Below, in pieces: positions 28,139-37,692 of a DNA stretch of 64,000 nt (position 1 is the first letter of the stretch; the number at the start of each line of letters is the position of its first letter). A program made the position numbers and the translations under genes. The notes under the pieces were generated by a model. It saw only the letters and a list, made by a program, of their open reading frames with translations. It searched no databases and was not told the origin of the DNA. The stretch lies in assembly GCA_963729895.1 (NCBI GenBank), contig CAVSQB010000022.1, positions 96,001-160,000 of the forward strand, given 5' to 3'. The DNA comes from an uncultured Fibrobacterota bacterium (GTDB lineage: Bacteria > Fibrobacterota > Chitinivibrionia > Chitinivibrionales > FEN-1185).

Positions 28139-30154
28139 TCAATCGCTTTTTATTTCCAGGATCCAATAGTGGTCAATCGGCACGTTCAGAACGGGAACGA
28201 CCCCTTTGTTTTTCCCCTCCTCAACATCGTAGTAGCCCGGATAATCCGGCATCAGGAGATATTTGATCTTCAGGTCTTTTAACTTTTGAGAAAACGGACT
28301 TATTCCTATTCCGTAGCTGTCTTCATAGAATCGCTTGAAATTCACCCTGTCAACTTCCGGTCGATTGAGTACCATCACATGTGCAAACCGATTGTAAATG
28401 GCCTCGTTTTTCCCTAAAGGGTCCAGTATCTTCATTGCCGACATATCGGGAACATATTTTGTTCCATTAAAAACCCTTGCTCCCGTTGCCATAATGAATC
28501 CGCTTTGTATTTCGTCGCCGTAAACGACCCAATTTGCCTGAGGGTCTCTTACGACGATATTCTTCACGGCGTGATAAAGCTTCTTATCAATAATAAAGCC
28601 AAGACCGCGGGAGATCGGATAGACGGAATAGGTCGAGAGCACGACATAGACAAGGATCGCAAGGCAAAAGAGCCGCGTCTTATGATTTAAGAGCAGGCAA
28701 ACAGCCAAAGAAAAGAAAACACTAATGAGGCCAATGTGCCATAACTGGAAAAAGTTGTTTGTTCGTGACTTCAAATACAATCCATAAACAACAAAACACG
28801 ACAATAGAATGACGAACAAGATCATGTTCTTGCTCGGACTAAAACGAATCGCGCTGTTTTTCGAATGCAAATAGACAACGGTCAGAATAATAGAACCGAC
28901 CCCTATTCCAATAACGGCCCGGTAGGAGGGAACAAAAGTCAATAAGGTCAACTTTGAAAGGATCGGCGGAAACCCGACAAGGACGAAGAATGTCAAAAAC
29001 AACAGGTATGCCGATAGCGCAATCTGCAACGGGTCAAATTTTCCCTTTATGACATCAACCAGTACTGCCGTGATAATAACCGGAAAAAAAAACAAAAAAC
29101 TGCTTGTTTCACAAACATTGAGCCAGAGAAACTTTTGTTCATTAAAGAAAATGCCGTAAAATCCTGAAAACAACCGGTCTATTCCAAACCCTCCTCCGCT
29201 TGATATCCGTTTTCCGGGATATGCCGTATTCATGGTCAACGCAATAGTTTCCTTTAAATCCGTATAGAATAAACAGGCAACGATGATCACTGCGAAGAAG
29301 CAAGCGCCCAGCAAACATATCCGCAGCGCAACGTGTTGCATCACGACATCGCGCTTCAGGTTCTTGACAAAATACCCCGTTACCACGGCAATCATAAGCA
29401 GGCCCAACGGGACCTGAAAAGGCGGGTAGATTGCCAATGAGAAATTCAGAATGAAAAGAAACAAGGCTGCTGCGCTTATGATCATGGTGAGACGTTTTGT
29501 GGATGATACAACGTAAATAGAAGAAATCAAGATGCAATTGAATGCGGACAGGACCACGCTCGGCGTCGAAAGGTTCCACCATTGGACAAAGCTGGAAAAA
29601 AACAGGAAAAGACATCCGAAAACCGAAAGCAACAGATTATTCTTCGTTAATAGCATAAACAGCAAAAACGAGCTTATGATGAGACTGAACACTCCGTAGT
29701 TCCAAATATAGGAAAATCCTTTCTCCATCTCCAGAACCAAGAAACCCCAGTACTGAGGTTGAAAGAAAACCGAAAAATGGGAAGTTGGAAGGCCCATGAG
29801 AAGAGACACTTTCTTGGGCCCAAAGGAATAATTTTCAACAGGAAATTTATTCGCCGCCTGGGATAGAAAGAAAGGGGAGGCAGTAAGCCATTCGTCGACT
29901 CTGATGAACTTCGGCGAGCCGAAAAGGACCTTTGACGCGGTTCGCGGGCCGCCGTACGTGGGAAAAAAGGCATCCCATATAGCAACAGAGGAATAGTGAA
30001 TTTTGAAGGAAACGAGGATGACAAACAGGACCAGGAGGGCGGAAATAAGGATCAGACTTTTTTTCTCAAAGACGATGAGATGTTCTTCGGAAATTCTTTT
30101 GCCCGCGGCGTCCAGCGAAGTGCCGATTCGCGCAATAAGAGTTGAAGCAATCAT
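28139..30154 (-). CDS. Multi-pass membrane protein, GT-C/YfhO-like glycosyltransferase candidate
   Basis: IRVDEW acidic loop, YPPFQVP and NTAYPG.R motifs, about 13 TM segments; visibly AT-rich. Confidence 0.65.
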   Translation of the reverse strand: MIASTLIARIGTSLDAAGKRISEEHLIVFEKKSLILISALLVLFVILVSFKIHYSSVAIWDAFFPTYGGPRTASKVLFGSPKFIRVDEWLTASPFFLSQAANKFPVENYSFGPKKVSLLMGLPTSHFSVFFQPQYWGFLVLEMEKGFSYIWNYGVFSLIISSFLLFMLLTKNNLLLSVFGCLFLFFSSFVQWWNLSTPSVVLSAFNCILISSIYVVSSTKRLTMIISAAALFLFILNFSLAIYPPFQVPLGLLMIAVVTGYFVKNLKRDVVMQHVALRICLLGACFFAVIIVACLFYTDLKETIALTMNTAYPGKRISSGGGFGIDRLFSGFYGIFFNEQKFLWLNVCETSSFLFFFPVIITAVLVDVIKGKFDPLQIALSAYLLFLTFFVLVGFPPILSKLTLLTFVPSYRAVIGIGVGSIILTVVYLHSKNSAIRFSPSKNMILFVILLSCFVVYGLYLKSRTNNFFQLWHIGLISVFFSLAVCLLLNHKTRLFCLAILVYVVLSTYSVYPISRGLGFIIDKKLYHAVKNIVVRDPQANWVVYGDEIQSGFIMATGARVFNGTKYVPDMSAMKILDPLGKNEAIYNRFAHVMVLNRPEVDRVNFKRFYEDSYGIGISPFSQKLKDLKIKYLLMPDYPGYYDVEEGKNKGVVPVLNVPIDHYWILEIKSD

Positions 30155-30418
30155 TTGCAGGCCTTTTTGTATTCTTGTTGAACCATGGTGTGCAAATGGT
30201 TCAACACGACGGCAACTTTTTTCCTTCAACAAGGGGCAAGGGCGGCTGCCCGCACAAAACAACGGGGCTCGAACAAGGACAAATATACTACGACGGAGCG
30301 TCAATGAGAAGCGCGCGGCCCTGCGTCAAAAAATTCGCCAATTTTGCCTTGAATGCCGGCGTTCGTAATTATATAGTAATGAGGAAACGGGGGTTATTTC
30401 CTTTGCAGGAGCTCTCCA

Positions 30419-30691
30419 ATGACAAAATGGGAATACCAGTTCTTAATCGCGGAAAAGTACGGCAAAGGAATTTTCGGTTTTGTGCTGCCGCGGGAAATCT
30501 CGTGGAAGATCCATTACATAAACGGCAAGCAGCAGCAGAATTGGGCTGACGTGACTCTCTTTAACTATCTCGGCAAAATGGGCGAACAGGGGTGGGAAGT
30601 CGCATCCATGACATCGCACATGTCGGTACGGTCCGGTACGCTTCCGATCGAGCATCTCTATATAATCCTGAAGAAATCCCAGGAATCCTGA
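30419..30691 (+). CDS. DUF4177-like small protein
   Basis: KWEY start, L..MGEQGWEV.S, terminal ILKK; RBS AGGAG. Confidence 0.8.
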   Translation: MTKWEYQFLIAEKYGKGIFGFVLPREISWKIHYINGKQQQNWADVTLFNYLGKMGEQGWEVASMTSHMSVRSGTLPIEHLYIILKKSQES

Positions 30692-30844
30692 CGACAAAGA
30701 TCCCTTTTTTCCTTTGTGTTCACGCTCCGTTCCTCTCCGGTAGTTCATGCATCCCATCAAACGGTGAAACACTTTCAAAACGCGATCGGCCCCTTTTGGT
30801 ATATTACGGTGAGCCGACAAACCAGCCATTCGATATAACGGCGC

Positions 30845-32506
30845 ATGGAAAACATTTCCCTGAGAACGAAGATTCTGCTTGCCGCGTGCGCCGCGCTTGT
30901 CTACGGCGCGGGCCTGTGCGTTACGGTGATGGACATTGATGCAGCCCAGTATGCCTCAATGAGCTGTCAAATCGCCGCAAGCAGGCACTTCTGGACTTCG
31001 CTGCTCCAGCCGGCCGGATATCTCGACAAGCCGCCCCTGCTCTTCTTCCTTTCCGCCGCGTCTTTCAAAGTCCTGGGCGTTTCCACGGTGAGCTACAAGA
31101 CCCCATCGTTCCTTATTACGCTCCTTGGGTTCTATGCAACCTACCGCCTGGGCGCACTACTTTACAATAAGCGAATAGGCATACTTGCGGCTGCCGTTCT
31201 TTGCTCCTGCGAAGGGATCATCTTTTTCACCAATGATGTCCGGACCGATGCGCTTCTTACGGGAACGGTTGTCTTTTCCGTGTGGCAGATAGCGGAGTTC
31301 ATCAAAACCGGAAGGGCCGGGTTCTTTCTCGGAGGAACTTTCGGCGTCGCGCTTGCCATGCTTGCCAAAGGCCCCATCGGCCTTATGGTTCCGGTTCTTG
31401 CCGTGGGGAGCTACTTGGCGGGAAAACGCAGGTTCGGGATGTTCTTAAAATGGTACTGGCCGGTGGGCGGCTTTATTGTGATGCTTTTGCTCATGCCCAT
31501 GCTGTGGGGCCTGTACTCGCAATACGGGTGGCGCGGCATCCGGTTTTATTTCTGGACCCAGAGCTTTGGAAGAATCACCGGCCAAAGCTCGTGGCATGAC
31601 ACATCGGGATACTTCTATTTTGTCCATACTTTCCTCTGGGCGTTCCTGCCGTGGATGCTGCTGGCCTATTACAGCATCGGCGATCACGTTTTCCGGGCAA
31701 TCAAGAACAGGTTCGACCCTGCGAAGGCAAACGACCTGCTGCTTCTTGGAGGAACCGTTCTTCCCTTTGTCGCACTGTCGTGCTCTCATTACAAATTGCC
31801 GCACTACATCTTTGTGATTTTTCCGCTGGCGGCGATACTGACGGCAAAGACCATTTGCGAGCTGGCCGAGACGCAGCGCGAGAGGAAAGCCTTCCGCATA
31901 TTTTTTCATACGCAGCGAGTGTGCTGCATGCTGATGTGGGTCTTTGCTCTTGTATGTATGACCGTCTTCTTCCCCTGCAAGAACCCTTTCGTATGGCTTC
32001 TTTCGGTTACGGCCTGCACCGCAACGTTCCGGTCCACTTCCGGGAAGCATTCACCGCTTGCCCGCCTCGTTTTGCCGTCTCTTTGGGCCATCTTCGGAAT
32101 GAACATTATGGTGAACCTGCACCTTTTCCCTCAGCTCATGTCATTCCAGGGCGGCAGCAACGCAGCAACGAGCATCAGCCGAAATCATGTGCCCGTGGAT
32201 CGTGTATTCGGATATCGCGCCCAGGATCATTCCATGGAGTTCTACACGCGGCGCGAGATTCCGCTGCTGGACAGCACCCAAACCATGGCTGCGTTGCGCA
32301 GTCGAGACGTTTGGATTTATACGGGCCGTGATGGATACCGTTCCATACGGGAAATGGGGTTCTCGCCTGTGGCCGTTGATTCATTCCCGGATTTTCATGT
32401 TTCAAAGGTTACGATGAAATTCCTCTTCCACAAAACCAGATCGGCGATGCTGGGCCGGCAATACATTCTGCACAACATCCCTGGAGTGATGCACCCGGGG
32501 ACATAA
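30845..32506 (+). CDS. ArnT-like (GT83/PMT_2) GT-C glycosyltransferase
   Basis: DIDAAQYA, YLDKPPL, R.DALL, LAKGPIG, FLPW and KLPHYIF motifs. Confidence 0.9.
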   Translation: MENISLRTKILLAACAALVYGAGLCVTVMDIDAAQYASMSCQIAASRHFWTSLLQPAGYLDKPPLLFFLSAASFKVLGVSTVSYKTPSFLITLLGFYATYRLGALLYNKRIGILAAAVLCSCEGIIFFTNDVRTDALLTGTVVFSVWQIAEFIKTGRAGFFLGGTFGVALAMLAKGPIGLMVPVLAVGSYLAGKRRFGMFLKWYWPVGGFIVMLLLMPMLWGLYSQYGWRGIRFYFWTQSFGRITGQSSWHDTSGYFYFVHTFLWAFLPWMLLAYYSIGDHVFRAIKNRFDPAKANDLLLLGGTVLPFVALSCSHYKLPHYIFVIFPLAAILTAKTICELAETQRERKAFRIFFHTQRVCCMLMWVFALVCMTVFFPCKNPFVWLLSVTACTATFRSTSGKHSPLARLVLPSLWAIFGMNIMVNLHLFPQLMSFQGGSNAATSISRNHVPVDRVFGYRAQDHSMEFYTRREIPLLDSTQTMAALRSRDVWIYTGRDGYRSIREMGFSPVAVDSFPDFHVSKVTMKFLFHKTRSAMLGRQYILHNIPGVMHPGT

Positions 32507-32588
32507 TCCGGGTGAAATCAGCTTTCCGCAAACAAGGAAGCGCCACAGGATCGGGAAGAAAAGAAATCAGCCGGGAATAAGAATACTC

Positions 32589-32617
32589 TTGACAATACAA
32601 TGCATTCAGTTTAATAT
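32589..32617 (+). promoter_or_regulatory. sigma70-type promoter of the pilin gene
   Basis: TTGACA (32589-32594)-17 bp-TAATAT (32612-32617). Confidence 0.7.
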
Positions 32618-32756
32618 TATGTATAGAGTCCTGATCTCCAGCGGAGCTGTGATGCTCAGGAAAGGAGGGTTTCGACGTTGCGTGATTTCTACACCATGCA
32701 ACCGTAATTGCAACAGTGAGTTATTTCAAAGGAAACCCAACTTGAAGGAGCTTTGT

Positions 32757-33185
32757 ATGAGATTCCTACGCAACAAAACCAAGGGATTCACCCTTGTCGA
32801 ACTTATGGTCGTGATCGTCATCATCGGCATTCTTGCCGCAGTTGCGATTCCCAAGTTTCTCGATGCATCCCAGAAGGCGAAAGCGTCTGAATTTCCAACA
32901 CAGTTGACCGCTATTTACACCGGCCAGTTGGCATACCAGGCGGAGAGGGGCCAGTATGTAACGCAGTTTTCTTACCTGAGAGACTCTGCGGGCGTTGATG
33001 TGCCCTCCTCGAGCAGGTGGTTCACCTACTCAATGTCTGCTGCCAGCGCCACTGCTTTTGTGGGCAATGCAACGGTGGCTCAACCATTTGGAAATGCGAC
33101 GACTTCCGACTATGGTGCAATCGATCAAACCAATTCAAAGTATTGCACTGCCACATTGTCGAGATACTGCCCGAGCTGGAAGTAA
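32757..33185 (+). CDS. pilA: Type IVa pilin (probable major pilin)
   Basis: Class III signal KTKG|FTLVELMVVIVIIGILAAVAIPKF with Glu5; C-terminal Cys pair; RBS AAGGAG; own promoter and terminator. Confidence 0.88.
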   Translation: MRFLRNKTKGFTLVELMVVIVIIGILAAVAIPKFLDASQKAKASEFPTQLTAIYTGQLAYQAERGQYVTQFSYLRDSAGVDVPSSSRWFTYSMSAASATAFVGNATVAQPFGNATTSDYGAIDQTNSKYCTATLSRYCPSWK

Positions 33186-33208
33186 CAGCGTAGCAGAGTT
33201 CCTAGTGG

Positions 33209-33243
33209 AAAGCCCCGGCCTCGAAAGAGGCGGGGCTTTTTTT
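33209..33243 (+). terminator. Rho-independent terminator
   Basis: AAAGCCCCG-G-CCTC GAAA GAGG-CGGGGCTTT hairpin followed by a T run. Confidence 0.9.
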
Positions 33244-33257
33244 ATGGGGAACACTCG

Positions 33258-35471
33258 TTATTTAGCTCCTGTCTCCGTTGACGGCACAACCGGCTGCGAG
33301 CGAACAGCGCCGGCCACTTTCTCCTCGCGCTCCAATTGCGACTGAGACAAAGAGTGCTGTGCGTCTGCAAAATCAGGATTTGCCGGGTCGATTTCTTTTG
33401 CCCGACGCGCGTGAAAAAGGGCGGAATCCTGCATACCCAAACGAGCGTAAGCCTGGCCAAGATAATAGTGCGCTTGGGCTGAACCTGGATTCCTTATCAG
33501 GACGCGGTTGAAATCCAAAATGGCTGAATTCAGGTCGCCATGAATCGCAAAACTGATTCCACGATCCAGTCGTGGTTGGGTGCTGTCCGGAACGAGCCGG
33601 ACTGCACGTGAATAGAACCGTATGGCGCTCGAAATCCGTCCGCTTCTAAACAATTCTTCACCAAAGCCCATACTGAGCTTCCACGATCCGGGGTTGAGCC
33701 TTAATGCCTGGGCAATATGGAAAAAAGAGCTATCCGCATTGTGCTTTCTAAGGTAGGCCACTGCGAGATAGTAATGCGCTTCCCAACTCGCGGGCAGGCG
33801 CAGGAGGGCGCTGTCCAGACACAAGATTGCAGAATCCGTGGAGCCGCGATTGAAAAGCGCAACTGAAAGCCCATACCAGGGAGCGAAGAAATCCGGCTGA
33901 CATGAAATTGCCCTGCGGTATTCGGCAATGGCCGACGAACCGAGCCCAAGCATTTCATACGTCTCCCCGAGGCAGTCGAGAGCGCGGGCATAATTTGAAT
34001 CCGACTGAACCGCTTTTCGAAGGTAGAAGAGAGCCTCTTGCGGTTTGCCCTGCTGCTTCAGAATAAATCCCGTATTATACAGGGCCGCAGGATAGTCTGG
34101 AAGAATCTTAAGCGCTTCCGAAAAATGGACCAGCGCACTGTCCGGCATGTTTTGTGAGTAAAAAACCTTGCCAAGGTTGTTTTGAGCGAGATAGTTTCCG
34201 TTGGTGACCGACAATGCATGGCGGAAAAGATGAGTACTATCCTGCCAGCAGCCGACTTGTTGCCTTGCGGAGACCGAAACAACGGCAAGTAACAACGCCG
34301 CGCCCGCGACTGTGAACGTTCTGCGGAACATGCCGCCTTTGACAAGTTGCCCGATTCCCCAGGCTGCAATGACAAACAGGCCGATAAGCGGCACATAGGT
34401 GTACCGGTCGGCCATTGATTGCGAACCGACCCGAACGATGCCGATTGCCGGGAGAAGCGTCACAACGTAAAAAGACCACCCGACGAAGAACCAGGGAGCG
34501 GTTCTCATCGCTCTGACGGCAGCATAGGAAATTCCCACCAGAGCACAACCGCAAACAACCACGCTTGCCACTTTAATGGTTGCCGTCAGCGGATAGAAGA
34601 AAGCGAGGTGAACAGGCCACGCAGTGTGTGCGATGTATCGAACGTACGACAGGATGGCATTCGAAAGCCGAATGCCCAGGGGAAATGCGGTCATTGAGCC
34701 GGCCGTCTTCTGGACAAAGAGCGTAACAATGCATACCGCAGCCGACAATACTGCGAAAGGAATTTTTTCCACAAGTAAGCGCCGTACCTGACTCCGCGCA
34801 GCTTGGTTTGTTTTATAGGGAACAAGGCGATTGAGAGGCCAAAAATCCAGTAGAAGCAGAATAAGAGGCACTGTAACGATCATGGGTTTTGCCATCAACC
34901 CAAGGGCAAAATAGACCAGCGTGCGAACATAGAGCGCTGCGCCCCGGGTCTTGACATACCGCCAGTACGTCAACAGGCTCAAGAGCATGAAAAACGTGCA
35001 GAGCAGATCCTTGCGCTCCGAAATCCATGCAACCGATTCCACGTGCAGCGGGTGAAGCGCGAAGAGAAATGCGACGAAAGCGCTTCTCCACAGCGCACCC
35101 GTCATATTCAAAAGAACCCCAAAAAGAAGCAATGCATTGAAGATGTGCAAACACACATTTGTGAAGTGATACCCGCCCGCCGCCTGTCCGTACAGATCGC
35201 GATCGAGCATGAGAGAAAGCCATGTCACCGGATGCCAGTTGGCCGCGGACGTTGTGCACAAGGCCCAGCGGACATTACTGAGCGTGAGGCCGGACTGCAC
35301 GCGGGGGTTGTTGTAGATATATTCGTCGTCGTCATAATTAACAAAGGAGAAGTTCCGTGCCGGCCAGTATACCCACAGGGTGCACAGGGCCAGGGATGCG
35401 AGAACAATCGAGCGAACCGCGCTCTGGGGCAACGCCGGAAGATGAAGGCTTTTGGCGGAGGTGATGCGCAT
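33258..35471 (-). CDS. TMTC-like GT-C membrane protein with C-terminal TPR array
   Basis: FVNYDD.EY, NWHPVTWLS, HPLHVESVAW.SERKD and ADRYTY motifs; many TPRs. Confidence 0.85.
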   Translation of the reverse strand: MRITSAKSLHLPALPQSAVRSIVLASLALCTLWVYWPARNFSFVNYDDDEYIYNNPRVQSGLTLSNVRWALCTTSAANWHPVTWLSLMLDRDLYGQAAGGYHFTNVCLHIFNALLLFGVLLNMTGALWRSAFVAFLFALHPLHVESVAWISERKDLLCTFFMLLSLLTYWRYVKTRGAALYVRTLVYFALGLMAKPMIVTVPLILLLLDFWPLNRLVPYKTNQAARSQVRRLLVEKIPFAVLSAAVCIVTLFVQKTAGSMTAFPLGIRLSNAILSYVRYIAHTAWPVHLAFFYPLTATIKVASVVVCGCALVGISYAAVRAMRTAPWFFVGWSFYVVTLLPAIGIVRVGSQSMADRYTYVPLIGLFVIAAWGIGQLVKGGMFRRTFTVAGAALLLAVVSVSARQQVGCWQDSTHLFRHALSVTNGNYLAQNNLGKVFYSQNMPDSALVHFSEALKILPDYPAALYNTGFILKQQGKPQEALFYLRKAVQSDSNYARALDCLGETYEMLGLGSSAIAEYRRAISCQPDFFAPWYGLSVALFNRGSTDSAILCLDSALLRLPASWEAHYYLAVAYLRKHNADSSFFHIAQALRLNPGSWKLSMGFGEELFRSGRISSAIRFYSRAVRLVPDSTQPRLDRGISFAIHGDLNSAILDFNRVLIRNPGSAQAHYYLGQAYARLGMQDSALFHARRAKEIDPANPDFADAQHSLSQSQLEREEKVAGAVRSQPVVPSTETGAK

Positions 35472-35480
35472 GGCTGTTTG

Positions 35481-37460
35481 TTATGGTTTGGCGGTCTTGG
35501 GTTCGCGCGCCGCAAGCGAGTCTGCGATGGCAAACTGATTGTGCGCAAGATCATTTCTTCCCAGAGATTGATATGCCTTTGCCAAACGGCGATGCGCATC
35601 GGTATAGCCGGGGACAATCGCAATCGATTTCAAATACCACCCGATGGCTTCCTGCGCGGCACTGTCGTAGCAGCAGCAATCCCCCAGCTCAAGATACGAT
35701 TCGGCATCGTCCGGATTCGCGCGGATTGCTTCCAGGAGATAGCGCCTGCAATCCGGATAATCTTTCATGGCGGCATACGTTGCGCCGAGATTGTGTAAAG
35801 CCGCAGGGAAGCGCGGTTCCTTTGCAAGGGCGCGCTTGAAGCACCGGATAGCGGATTGCGTATCACCGATCATTCCATAGGCGTTGCCGCAATCGAGGTT
35901 TGCAAGCGTGCCGGTGGAATCCTGCGCAAGCAACAGGCTGAATGCGGCAATTGCATTCTTCGGCTTTCCCTGCCGCAGGAGAATAAGCCCGATATTGAGC
36001 CGGGGGCTGGTTTGCGTGGGCCGGAATGAGAGTGATTTTTGGAAGCAGTACGCGGCTTCGGCATAGCTTTTCCGGTCGAGAAGGAAATTTCCCTTGATGC
36101 CGTACGCGAGGAAATTGTCTTTTGTGACTCTCAGCGCATGGTTTGACAGCGTAAGATCGTCCTGCCAGTAACCGGCTTGAGCGCGCGTTTGTAAAGACAA
36201 AATCGCAAGCACGACAACGGAGCAGATCGCGGCAGGGAGCCGCAGCGACCGGCGCCGCACGGTGAAATCGTACACCAGCCATGTGACGGCAACAAAGAGA
36301 CCGACAAGCGGAACATACGTGTATCTGTCCGCCATTGCCTGGGATCCCACCTGGATAATGCCGATGGCCGGTACGAGAGTTCCAAGGAACCAGAACCATC
36401 CCACAAATACATAGGGCAGTTTTCGCCTTGCAACCAGCGCGATGCCCGTCACGGAGACGAGAAAGACACAGGCAACCGACAAGGCAAATGCCGACGGCAG
36501 TTCGGCGGGAAGCGGATAGAAGAAAGCAAGATGGGCCGGCCAGAACATCTTTCCCGCATAGCCTGCGTAGGACACACCGGCATTGGCAAGCCGGTGCAGA
36601 AAGGATAACTCATCCGCCTTCACAATGGCATCGCCTGCGTGCTGCGCCAGGATCGTCACGACGCATGAAACGGCCGAGAGAACAAAGAATGGTGTTTTCT
36701 CCGCGAGCAGGAACAACACATTCCGGTTGGAGGGTCTTTCACCCAGGGACTGGTTGGGTCCGGTCTTTGCGCCGAACCGGCCAAGGGGCCAATAGTCGAG
36801 GAGAAGCATGACAAAGGGAAGCGTGACAACCATTGGTTTTGACATGAGGGCTAAGGCGAACAGAACAAGGGCTCCTAAATAGAAGCGTCGCTTCTTCTGA
36901 AACCGGAATGATGAGTAACAAAGCAAGGAGAGAAGCATGAAGAAGGTGCTCAGGACATCTTTTCGCTCCGACACCCACGCAACCGATTCAACGTGGAGCG
37001 GGTGAACTCCGAATAATGCGGCAACGAATGCACTTGGCCAGAGCGAACCGGTGATCGACTTGAGAAGAAAAAACAGGAGAAGGGTATTCAGGATGTGCAG
37101 CACAAGGCTGGTAAGATGGTGTCCGGCGGGCTTGTTGCCGTACAGCCGGCAGTCGAGCGCGTGCGAGAGCCAGGTAAGCGGGTGCCAGTTGGCTGCTTCA
37201 AACGTGGTGAAGGCCCACAGCAGGTTCGCCCTGGTGAACCCGGACATCACATGATAGTTCTTCGAAACGTATTGGTGGTCGTCAAGACTGATGAAGTCGC
37301 ACTTATCAACATTCCAATAGGCATACAGCGTCGATCCGGCCAACAGAAACACGATGAGGTAGAGGACAACGCGGCCTGCATGCCCGCGGGTTTCCTGCAT
37401 TGACGGGTGAGGAGCGGAACTGTCGTTGTGCTGCATTGGTCCTTTGGTTCCGGGCGTCAT
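35481..37460 (-). CDS. TMTC-like GT-C membrane protein with C-terminal TPR array (tandem paralog)
   Basis: FISLDD.QY, NWHPLTWLS, HPLHVESVAW.SERKD and ADRYTY motifs; TPRs. Start could be 37436. Confidence 0.85.
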   Translation of the reverse strand: MTPGTKGPMQHNDSSAPHPSMQETRGHAGRVVLYLIVFLLAGSTLYAYWNVDKCDFISLDDHQYVSKNYHVMSGFTRANLLWAFTTFEAANWHPLTWLSHALDCRLYGNKPAGHHLTSLVLHILNTLLLFFLLKSITGSLWPSAFVAALFGVHPLHVESVAWVSERKDVLSTFFMLLSLLCYSSFRFQKKRRFYLGALVLFALALMSKPMVVTLPFVMLLLDYWPLGRFGAKTGPNQSLGERPSNRNVLFLLAEKTPFFVLSAVSCVVTILAQHAGDAIVKADELSFLHRLANAGVSYAGYAGKMFWPAHLAFFYPLPAELPSAFALSVACVFLVSVTGIALVARRKLPYVFVGWFWFLGTLVPAIGIIQVGSQAMADRYTYVPLVGLFVAVTWLVYDFTVRRRSLRLPAAICSVVVLAILSLQTRAQAGYWQDDLTLSNHALRVTKDNFLAYGIKGNFLLDRKSYAEAAYCFQKSLSFRPTQTSPRLNIGLILLRQGKPKNAIAAFSLLLAQDSTGTLANLDCGNAYGMIGDTQSAIRCFKRALAKEPRFPAALHNLGATYAAMKDYPDCRRYLLEAIRANPDDAESYLELGDCCCYDSAAQEAIGWYLKSIAIVPGYTDAHRRLAKAYQSLGRNDLAHNQFAIADSLAAREPKTAKP

Positions 37461-37692
37461 TCCCCGGGCGAGCCGGAATGTATCGTACCATCATTATACT
37501 ATTTTTTTGCTGCGGAAACTATGGCCGCGACCTTGCAAGGACAACGAAGCGTTCGCGGCAACCGAACAGGGCATCTCGCAAAACCCCGCGCCTTCCCACG
37601 GCAGTTTGCAAAGAATAGTAGTGATTTTTGCCTGCGAAACAACTAGAATTAGAGTATCGCATTTTCCCGGTCTTCGTGCTCTAAAAGCAAGC

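Noticed and set aside
29084..29092. A9 tract as a phase-variation switch (also T8 near 17922)
   Set aside because: Short tracts encoding Phe runs in hydrophobic segments; frames are intact.
32589..32756. N-terminal extension of the pilin (198-aa ORF)
   Set aside because: The TTG is the -35 box; the RBS and class III signal indicate ATG 32757.
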